Shown one piece after another: positions 24,223 to 34,319 of a DNA stretch of 64,000 bases (position 1 is its first letter; every line of letters starts with the position of its first letter). Location of the stretch: NCBI GenBank assembly GCA_003971905.1, contig RSEE01000024.1:682001-746000 (forward strand), read 5' to 3'. The notes beneath the pieces are model-generated. The model had not been told where the DNA came from, did no database searches, and saw only the letters and a list, made by a program, of their open reading frames with translations. Origin of the DNA: Moniliella sp. 'wahieum'. Taxonomy: Eukaryota. The position numbers were made by a program, and so were the translations under genes.

Positions 24223-24686
24223 CCCCAGCGCAGGGTTTTGTGGGCCAGGGCGAGGGGGAGCCCAGCCCATGCGTCGGTTCTGCTCCGCTAATCTATCTAT
24301 CAGACCCAGTATGCGTGGCGCCGCAGGCCCCAGCATAAGCAGCGCGTAGCCGCCAGTGGGACGGGGTGGCACGGTCGGTCGGGCGCCGCTTAGCGCTTAC
24401 GTCAGAGGCGGGGCTGTGCGGCGAGCTGGGCGAGGTTAGGTAAGCGGCGCCGCAGCAGCGCGTGCGGTGAAAGATTGAGAAAAGGCTGATTACCGCCAGC
24501 TGGGCTGAACGGGTGAACGTTCGTTGAACGTTGAGCCACCGTGATCGCCACGCCGCTCGAGGGAAGCTTCAGCTTCAGGCAAGCAGGCAGGCAGGCAGGC
24601 AGGCAGGCAAGCAGGCCAGCAGGCAAGCAAGCACGCCCACTCGCAGCTGCGCGCTCCCCACTGCCCATCGCTCGCCAGAGCATGCC

Positions 24687-26312
24687 ATGGCCCGCCCACA
24701 CCTCCTGGCCACGCCTCCGTCTCTAGCCCCGCCCGCCCCCGCCTCCGCCCCCGCCTCCACCCCCGCCATGCCGGCGCCCTACCCCTCGACCTCATCTACC
24801 CCGCCATCCAGCTCTACTCGGTCGACAACACCTTCTTCCCCAAGCAAATCCACCTCGCCTCTGGCCCGAGGGGCGAGCCATCCCACATCCGCATCGGCCG
24901 ACAAACCAACAACAAGACTGCGCCTTCCCCACAAATGCTACTTGATTCCAAGGTGCTCAGCCGCACCCATGCCGAGATCTGCGGGACCAGGACAGGTATG
25001 GATCAAGGACGTCAAGTCCCAACGGCACATTATCAATGGCGAGCGCCTCCTCAGTGCCGATGGGCATGAAAGTGATGATTTTGAGCTGCACAACGAGGAC
25101 TTGGTCGAGTTTGGCATCGACATTACCGGTGAAGACATCAACACCATCGTGCACCACAAGGTGGCGTGCAAAGCCAGTATTAACCGAGCAGACGCGCTTC
25201 GTGCCCGGGAAGAATTCACACGACTCGACGGGCATAGCGACCCCCGGACCCCCCGCATCGGAGAGGGCATCGTCCCCCGCTCCTTCGACCTCTCATGCGC
25301 TTGCAGGCGAACTGAAAAAGTCGCGTGAAACTGCGCTGACGATGGACCAGGCGCGCCAGGAAATGCAAGATGTCCATCAGGCTCTTGCGCATGGCTCCGA
25401 CCCTCCGACCCGCTCGCCCAGCCAACCCACCAACATCTCGTCCCCGCCATGGAGGGAAAGCCAGAGCCCGACCCTCACCTGGCGCAGGACCTAGCTGCTC
25501 TCCACAACACGTTGGAGGCAGTGCAGAACGCACTGCAAGCCCAAAACGAACGCATGGTACTGCTTGACACCACTGCCATCCAACAGCAACAGATCGAAGC
25601 CGACTTGGCCGACTTGCGCCTGGCGGTGGAAGAAAGCGAACGCGCTCAAGTGGATATGGACGACACCAGCTCCGTTGCTAGTTTCTCTACTGTTACCGAA
25701 GACACCCCGCTCCCGCGCCGCTCTCTTCCTAGTGAAGGGGTGGCCAAAGTCAGCGCATTTTTGCAGCAGCACGCCCAGAACGGGAAAGGCCGGGAAGCAG
25801 AAACAGAGGATGAGGACACTGAGGACGAGGATGCCGATGAGGTGGAATCTCTTTCCTCCCCAGGAGCCCCCCCTGACCTGCCACCTCACCTCAGGGAATC
25901 GTACCCGGGAGGCGCAGTGGTTGCGTGCTCGGATGTGGATGCGCGCCTGGCAGTCCTGGAAGGCGTATATGCGTCCCAAACCAGTCGAAAGGAGCTTTCA
26001 ACACGGTTAGCCACCCTGGAACTGGCCCAGGCTCACGCCACTGCCTCGCGGCGCGAGTGGCAAGAGGAACAAGAAGCGCGATGGCAAAGTTTTGCAAGTC
26101 AATTCGCGCCGTTCCTTGCACAGGCACAGGCACCCAGCCATTCGCCTCTTTCCTCCTCCACCATGGAAACCAGCACGTACAATGGCGGTACCACGGGCGC
26201 CACCAGCCCCCTCCCGCCTCCAGAAGCAGAAAAGACGATGCCATTCCCTTGGGGCGTTAGTGTGGCTGGAGTGGTGCTGCTTGTCTGGTGGATGGCGAGG
26301 GCGCAACCTTAG
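24687..26312 (+). CDS. FHA-domain, coiled-coil, tail-anchored protein (Far9/Far10/Vps64/SLMAP-like STRIPAK subunit)
   Basis: Reads across frames IRIGRQTN..DSKVLSRTHAEI..IKDVKS..INGER..VEFGIDI..HHKV, then a coiled coil and a C-terminal hydrophobic tail GVSVAGVVLLVWWMAR. Confidence 0.85.
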
Positions 26313-27883
26313 TCTCCACTGTTCCCCCCCCCCCGGCAGATGGCGCCTTGCCCTGCCTTGGCTGGCATCTTGAACGACATCCTCTCCTCTCCTATCCCTG
26401 TTCCTACTGGCACGACCTCCGGCTCCTCAGTCCTCAGTCCTCAGTTCTCAGACCCAGCAGATCGCATGCCCTCATACACGTGCTCGGCACGCTGCACTAT
26501 CGACACTCATGTACTGGCTGGGCTCATGCACTCATGTACTTTCCGTGTGCACGTCCTCATGTACCCATGTGGTACCTACGACCTCTTACCTCGATCGGCT
26601 GCCCCGTACCTAAGCTGTAAACGTTATAGGCTCTACCTACTCCGTATATCTCCCCAACGCTCTCTGCGTCTCTCGGCAACTTGTCCTGGTTGGATTATAA
26701 TTTGCATTTCACCCTCGTTGCCTTGCAAGGCCTAAGGCCGGATATGCCTCGACTTTCCACTTGACCAACTTCACTCGTCGCGCGACGGTACGGAGTAAGA
26801 ATTGGCGCGGCAAGTGCGAACCAAGGGCGTGGAAAGTCAGCGAAACGATCGGCAATGGAATAGAGGAAAAAGAACGCGGCATCAGGGAAAAAAGGGTGTT
26901 CGAGAGAGAAGAAATATGTGGCTGACTGGAGGCGCCACTAGGCCCCCCCACAACCCAGTTTGCTTTGGCAACACGCCCGCCGTATCCACCAATACCGCCG
27001 ACACCCATACGGCGGACGGTGATGTATGAAGCGCAGAATAATGGATTCAAATGACGCTGCAAGGCGAGGGACTGGCAGTGAGACCGTAAAAGAGAGAAGA
27101 GCGGCCTCTTTAAAAGCGCTCATCTTCAGCGTTTGGACAAAGATTCGGCCAAGTGCTGGGTTTATAGGATGACGAGAAGACTGCCAAAAGCATCTGGAGA
27201 CATGCCCAAGGTCCCTTCCACCCGCTGGCCATGATGCGCGGCGACACGGAGCTCCTGTGCCACCTAGATGGCCAAACCATGTGTGATTTTCGACCACCCG
27301 ACTCAAATGAAGAACTCAAGTCGGTCGGAGTCTCACGTGAATCGCATGGGAGGTGTGGTCGATCGCGCGCATGCTTACTGCGTTGGTTGGTACCCCTTCG
27401 CCCCCTCCAACCGGGATACGAATTATTAGCGTCGGGAGCCAGAAGGTCTGACCTGTCGGCGCCGCCATGAGGCATCAGCGCATCAGCCTCCGACAGTTGG
27501 TGGGCGCATCTTGGCAGCGCTGAAGCTTGAAGGTCGAAGCGAATCACTGTGTGCCTAACGGGCCTTGCTGATTGGATAAATGGGTTGGGAGATGGAGTCG
27601 ATGATCGATGAGCTAAGCATCAGCAGAGCGCCATGATGCATGATGCAAGCTATGCATGCGTGACATGTGACAAGAGACATGTGATGCATGCGAGGTACAG
27701 TCAAAATGACTGGACGGGCCAATTCCGCAGCACTGCTGCTTGAAGCCGCACCAGACCGGAGACACAGTTTTATTGCGCCAGGGTTGGGTCAGTGCAAGCT
27801 AGGGTTGGCACCCGCTGCCTGCCTGCGCGAAATCGGCAGCTGCGTGCTACGCCCCGCCGCCCACGTCCATCCAATCGCTCGCA

Positions 27884-28242
27884 ATGGTAAGTGGCTGCTT
27901 CCTTCTGGGAATCGTCCATGTTCCTGTTCCTACGACGGTACTAACCTGCGCGCACAGCCTAAGCAAATTACCGAGATCAAGCAGTTCCTCGAGGTGGCAC
28001 GCCGTAAGGATGCGACCGCGGCCCGGATCAAGACGTCGATTGTGAAGCCCTCGAAGGCTGTGTCGTCGACCGGCAAGAAGAGCAAGAAGTCCAAGAAGGG
28101 GGACAACACGGTGTACAAGTTCAAGTTGCGGACAAGCAAGAACCTCTACACGCTTGTTCTCAAGGACGCTGAGATTGCTGCCAAGATCAAGCAATCCCTG
28201 CCCCCTGGTCTCGAAGTGACCGAGATTGCGCCCAAGAACTAA
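27884..28242 (+). CDS. RPL38: 60S ribosomal protein eL38, with intron 27887-27957 directly after the ATG
   Basis: ATG/GTAAGT..TACTAAC..CAG/CCT gives [44 protein letters not shown]. Confidence 0.96.
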
Positions 28243-29159
28243 GTGTCTCGCTCGTCTTGTCTTGTGTTTCGGCTGGATCGGGATGGATCTCGCGTCGCGA
28301 GCACTCTTCCTGCCCGTTGCCCACGCACGCCCTTCGGCACGTTGGGAAGTATGCCTACTATTAGACCCCATGTCACCCCCCCCTCCCCCCCTGCCCTCTT
28401 CCCTCTTCAGACAGAGACGGGGGGTTCATCTTTGCTCTGCAATGCAAAACTCCGCGCTGGCGGGACGAAGCAGCTGTCCCTTCTTTCCCTGCGTGTACTT
28501 GTAGTCGGATTAACCCATGGGTGTGATGGCCGCGACCCATTGGCTGGCGAAACCCCTGTCCCTTTGCCCTTCGATATAAAGAGGCCGTACTAGGCTGCAG
28601 AACCCCCCGTTGCTTCCCTCTACACTCGGTAGCGTCGTGGTAACCCGAGGTCGTGACCAATGAGCCAAGTCAATAGGTTCGATACCCAAATGGGTCGTTG
28701 TTTTACTGTCCTGGGCTGCAGCTTGACGGGCAACAGAGCAGGGCTGTTAGGCCAGTGAGAGGCCCACGAAAGCTAGCTTCTAAGGCACTTGGATGTGCCG
28801 GCCGAGACAGTGCCGCGCGTAGTGAAACAAGTCGATGTATGTGGTATCGGTGGTTGTGTGGGAGCGAGCGTGGTGGACAGAGAAAGAGCATGCCAGATAG
28901 TCTAACCATCAATATATCTGCGTGCATTAGCGCTGGGACGACGGACTGTCGCACGAGAAGCGGGTGATGAAGGTTTCTTGGCACCCCCCTCCTCTGGCTG
29001 CTCTTGTCTTGTCGGCGTCCAAGTGACATGAGACGGTACCTGTGGCAACTGATGTCTGGAAGTTAAAAGCCTCATCGGTTACATGCTTCAAACCAACTTC
29101 GACGACGATGAAGGAGAGAGCAGTGATTAATGATTCACCACTGTGGCCCGTCAACTCGA

Positions 29160-29205
29160 ACGCACGGACGCACGGACGCACGGACGCACGGACGCACGGA
29201 CGCAC
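29160..29205. repeat. (CGCACGGA)n octamer array, about 5.5 copies
   Basis: Directly visible. Confidence 0.95.
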
Positions 29206-29662
29206 TATAGTAGAAGGACGAAACGTCGAGTCCTGATTAATGATTAGATTATGCATTATGGTCGATGATGGTCCTCGCAGATGATGCAATCGCACGCGTA
29301 GTCGCGGTCAAAGCCCCACCCAACGACCTCTACGGGCCAACTGTGAGGCGCGTGAGGCCAGCCGCGACCAAGCCTGCGCGCCTGTGGCAAAGGGAAACCA
29401 CGGAGTTGAGAAAACGCTGCAGCTTCATCAAGTGGGTCTGAAGCTTGAAGACGGAGAAGTACAGGAGTCTGACGGACCCTGCCGGTGGCCACACGGACGA
29501 GTCACCCGGCATGAGAACCGTCAATTACGCTGCTTGCGACTAGGCGTTGTGGTGGGGGCTCATTAATCACATGCATTCGAACGACACCTGAAATTGCGCG
29601 GAACGGGCCGGTGGTTTGGCGAAACGGGATGGCGCAGCTGCGAGATGCATCGTGAAATATTT

Positions 29663-29858
29663 CGAAACGAGTCGAAGCTTCCCTCTCAGTCCACCCTGTT
29701 CGAATTGCGGTGCGTTACGTCATGGCTTGCCCCGCTCGTCGCTGTCCGAGGCAGGGCGAACAGAGCCGAACCAAGCAGCACCACCTTCGACTGTCTGGAG
29801 TGGAAGCTTGTTGGGCCGAGGCGGGCCATGACGTGCACGCCGGCGTGGGCATATATAA
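29663..29858 (+). promoter_or_regulatory. HSP70 promoter: gap-type heat-shock element, TGACGT site and TATA box
   Basis: cGAAa-cgagt-cGAAg-cTTCc at 29663-29682, TGACGT at 29829 and TATATAA at 29852-29858. Confidence 0.65.
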
Positions 29859-29933
29859 CCCGCCTTCCTGACAGGGTCGGTTCCCCTCCTCCCCTCCCAT
29901 CCATCTCCTCCTCCTTCTTCCCCTCTCTCCATC

Positions 29934-31856
29934 ATGACCAAGGCTATCGGAATTGACCTCGGCACCACCTACTCGTGCGTCGCCGTCTGGCAAAACGACC
30001 GGGTCGAGGTGATTGCCAACGACCAGGGCAACCGCACAACTCCTTCTTACGTCGCCTTTACCGATTCGGAGCGGCTGATCGGCGATGCTGCCAAGAACCA
30101 AGTGGCGATGAACCCACACAACACGGTGTTTGATGCCAAGCGGCTAATCGGACGCAAGTTTTCCGATGCGGATGTGCAGTCGGACATGAAGCACTGGCCC
30201 TTCAAGGTAATTGATGTGGGCAGCAAGCCGGTGATTCAGGTCGAGTATAAGGGCGAGACCAAGACGTTCACCCCTGAGGAAATTTCGTCCATGGTGCTGC
30301 TCAAGATGCGCGAGACGGCCGAGGCCTACCTCGGTGGCGATGTCAAGGACGGTGTCGTGACGGTGCCGGCCTACTTTAACGACTCGCAGCGCCAAGCTAC
30401 CAAGGACGCCGGTGTCATTGCCGGTCTCAACGTGATGCGCATCATCAATGAACCTACCGCGGCTGCCATCGCCTACGGTCTTGACAAGAAGACTGAGGGC
30501 GAACGCAACGTTCTCATGACTTGGGCGGGGTACCTTTGATGTCTCCCTGCTTACCATTGAGGAGGGTATCTTCGAGGTCAAGGCCACTGCGGGTGACCCA
30601 TTTGGGTGGCGAGGACTTTGACAACCGTCTCGTCAACTTTTTTGTGCAAGAATTCAAGCGCAAGAACAAGAAGGACCTTACCACCAACGCTCGTGCCCTC
30701 CGCCGCCTGCGCACCGCGTGCGAGCGCGCTAAGCGCACCCTTTCTTCGGCGGCTCAAACTACCATCGAGATTGATTCGCTGTATGAGGGCATTGACTTCT
30801 ACACCTCCATCACCCGTGCTCGGTTCGAAGAGCTGTGCGGTGACCTGTTCAGCCACACCATCGAACCGGTCGAGAAGGTGCTGCGTGACGCCAAGGTCGA
30901 CAAAGGTCAGGTGAACGACATTGTGCTTGTGGGTGGCTCGACACGTATTCCGCGTGTGCAAAAGTTGCTCTCAGACTTCTTCAATGGCCGTGAGCTCAAC
31001 AAGTCGATCAACCCAGACGAGGCTGTTGCCTATGGTGCCGCGGTGCAGGCTGCCATCCTGTCGGGTGATACGTCGGAGAAGACCCAGGACTTGCTGCTGC
31101 TCGACGTTGCGCCTCTGTCGATGGGTATTGAGACGGCCGGTGGTGTGTTCACGCCGCTCATTAAGCGCAACACGACGGTGCCTACCAAGAAGTCCGAGAC
31201 GTTCTCTACCTATGCGGACAACCAGCCGGGTGTGCTGATCCAGGTGTATGAGGGCGAGCGCGCCCGCACCAAGGACAACAACCTGCTGGGCAAGTTTGAG
31301 TTGTCGGGCATCCCGCCCGCCCTCGTGGTGTGCCGCAAATCGAGGTGACGTTTGATGTGGACGCCAACTCGATCCTCAATGTTTCGGCGGCGGACAAGTC
31401 GTCGGGCAAGTCGCAGAAGATCACCATTACCAACGACAAGGGCCGTCTGTCGAAGGAGGACATTGAGCGCATGGTCTCGGATGCTGAGAAGTACAAGGCT
31501 GAAGATGAAGAGGCCGCGTCTCGGATCAGCTCCAAGAACGGTCTCGAGTCGTATGCGTACAACCTGCGCAACTCGCTCAACGAGCAGGGCGTGTCCGACA
31601 AGCTCGATGCCGCCGACAAGGAGAAGCTTGACAAGGCCATCACCGAGACGATCGAGTGGCTGGACAACTCCCAAGAGGCATCTAAGGACGAGTACGACGA
31701 CAAGCAAAAGGAGCTCGAAGGGATTGCCAACCCCATCATGCAAAAGCTCTACGCTGCTGGCGGTGCTCCTGGTGGCGCGGCCCCGGCGGTTTCCCAGCAG
31801 GCGCTGCTCCCGGCGCGGGCGGGGACGACGGCCCGTCGGTCGAGGAAGTCGACTAA
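29934..31856 (+). CDS. HSP70: Cytosolic Hsp70 (Ssa type), intronless, with apparent indel errors
   Basis: Contains [44 protein letters not shown] and the C-terminal GPSVEEVD stop. Frame breaks occur near 30515-30600, 31318 and 31780-31820. Confidence 0.97.
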
Positions 31857-33242
31857 ACGTTCCTTGTCCGTCGCATAGCATCTTCTAAGCTCTTGTACAT
31901 TAATACCATTGCCCCTCTTTGCGTTATCCTCCGCACAGCATGTGCCCCATCAATAATTATAGTGACTGATGCATTCGTTCTAGCGGCTCGTTCCTCTTTC
32001 CTCAAGAGTCCTTCGTATGTTGCCATGTGATGAGGAGGATGGTGTGTAGTAAGTAGTGAGGCCTTACGCACTGCCTGTCGGAGAGAGGACATGTTGGCCG
32101 AAGGCCGACATGCGTATCAGTGTGCTGTGATAGACCAAAAAGAAACGCACAGCGGTCAATTGGAACGACTATGCTTGTTTGAAGGAAACGAAGAGGGGCC
32201 GTGGGACACGCTACAGGACATGCTACTACGATCCGTCTACGTTCTGCGCAACGGCATCGCCCAGCTTGGTCGCGTCAACATGTCAACCGATATCACCTCG
32301 CAAGTATCCCAACTCAGGTCGTCGAGAGAATACAGTCATGCACCGGCACAGGCACCATAGTGTACGTGCACCATGCACCATGGGGGTGAGTCACGCGGCA
32401 GTCTGACTCTTACCTGAGCCTCAGGCAGTCCTCCCTATCTATATCAGCTCCTGCGAGCCTAGTCGCAAAATGGCGCTCGCTCTAGTCTGTGTGACTCTTG
32501 TGACGTTGAAAGTGTTGGACATGGAGAACGATGTTGGCGTTGTCGTTGATGATCGATGACGCTGATGCATGATGGCGGTCGGACCGGGTCGGAACAGGCC
32601 GACACGTCAGATCTGAGAGCGAGTCTGAACAGCAGATCCCCCGACGCAGAATAACTCGGTCCTCAGCCGGCCAGCCTGCGCACTCCGAAAAGGGAATCTC
32701 TCCCGCCGCAACGTTTTAGTTGACGGATTATAGCCACCGTTGAACGTCCTTGACGTTGAACGCCGCAATGCCATGGACCAGTCGCACGTTCCTCGACGGA
32801 TGCGGACGTTGGACGTTGGGCGTTGGACGTTTTGGACACTTGAACGTTGGCGCCGCTCGCCGCCGCGTCGCTGGCTGCGCACACGTAGCGCATGCATGTG
32901 CGCGGCCTTGTCGCGCTGCGCGCCCCGTCCGCAGTCCGTGAAGCTGTCCGCAGTCGGTGAAGGAGAGTGGACACCAGGGGCACGACCATCGCACTGCCCC
33001 CCTTTTCGAGCCGGTTGAAGACAGTTGCGCGGCGAGATCGAGGGCGGGCTGTCTGTTCCATGTAGTGTGGTGGAGGCACAGCGCCGCGCAGCCCAGCCCA
33101 GGCCAGGCTACAGTACAGTAGGGTTACGCGTAGCGTCGCCGGAGTTCCTCCGGCGGGGGAAGCAGGCGCGGCGAGGCCTGCTATAACCGGTAACCCATCC
33201 GACCGCTGCCCAGCAGGCCCACCACGTGCCCCTTGCGGGGGG

Positions 33243-33249
33243 TATATAA
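33243..33249 (+). promoter_or_regulatory. TATA box upstream of the small zinc-ribbon ORF
   Basis: TATATAA in very GC-rich context, with CACGTG about 20 nt upstream. Confidence 0.6.
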
Positions 33250-33557
33250 GCCGGCACTCGCCCGACACCCACCACCCCCTCCAGCACCGCATCCGCCAGC
33301 TGCCCCCGTCCCGGTGCCCCCCGCGCCGCCTGCCTGCCCCACGCCGGCCCTGCTCAACGCGTCAAGTGGCCAGTAAAGGCCGGTCGGTGGACATCCCTCG
33401 TTGGTCCTCTCCTCCTCTGACGCCAGCCACGCACCGCGCACATCAGCTGTCCCACTGCTCTCACACAGTGTTACCGCCGCAAGCAGCCCGCCCCCCCCTC
33501 CCATCCCCATCCCCCGCCCGCAGCGCTCGGCCTGCAGTACGCATTCTGTCCCCCACC

Positions 33558-33682
33558 ATGTCGACCGTCACCCACGTCCGCGCCTACTGCCCGTGTGCAA
33601 GCAAGCGGTCCAGGCCAAGGCTGATTCACGCAACATGAGCGTCCAGTGCACCGAATGTGGCTTCATCATATATCGTTCCTAG
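33558..33682 (+). CDS. Putative 41-aa CxxC-x16-CxxC zinc-ribbon microprotein (needs one base restored near 33591)
   Basis: CCACCATG start context. Restoring one base in the C run gives MSTVTHVRAYCPVCKQAVQAKADSRNMSVQCTECGFIIYRS-stop. Confidence 0.6.
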
Positions 33683-34319
33683 CCGCTGCCTCCCATGCCC
33701 CCATCTCACTCACGCCCCCACCCTTTCTCCCCTGGGTGCCAGCAGTGCTTTCTGCCCCGCCTTTCTCCTGGCATCTCGGCCCCTCCCTCGTCTCCGCGCC
33801 CTGCCCCCCCTGCCAAGCCTACGCCCCCCCTTAGCCCAAGCATCCTTCTTTCCCCCGTTCCCCATACCCTATGGTCCACCACCACCACCACCATCTAGTC
33901 TGAACCCATAACAACATGTGCCCTGCATATTCCCACCCGGCCCGATGTACCCCCTCATTCGAACAAGAACCCACGAAAACCCTAGCGCCATTGGGATGGT
34001 TCAACAAGACGATAGACAATCGGTGTGCGAGGGGGACCCAAACAGAGGGAGCACGAGAGACACGCTTGTATCGCGGTATGCCTCTCGGGAGTCGGAGATC
34101 CGAGATCGCAAATCGGAACTCTGCTCCTAGCCGCACGCCACATGCACCTTGGCCGACATCCAGTCTAGTCTGGGCGGGAAGACACCCCAGGAAAAAGGGG
34201 GAAAGTAGGACAGATGGGCAGGCAGGGAAAAAAAGGGGGGGGGGATAGGGAGAGGAGAAGAGGGAGAAGGGAGGGAATGATCCAGGAGCAACGAGATAAG
34301 AGGACCCAGGTGGATGGAG

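Noticed and set aside
29934..31856. Programmed frameshifting or pseudogene status of HSP70
   Set aside because: Similar indels hit many unrelated conserved genes while motifs stay intact, so sequencing error is the simpler explanation.
33558..33682. RNA polymerase subunit Rpb12/RPC10
   Set aside because: The inter-knuckle spacing is 16 rather than 13, and the conserved C-terminal RTKR...AR tail is missing.
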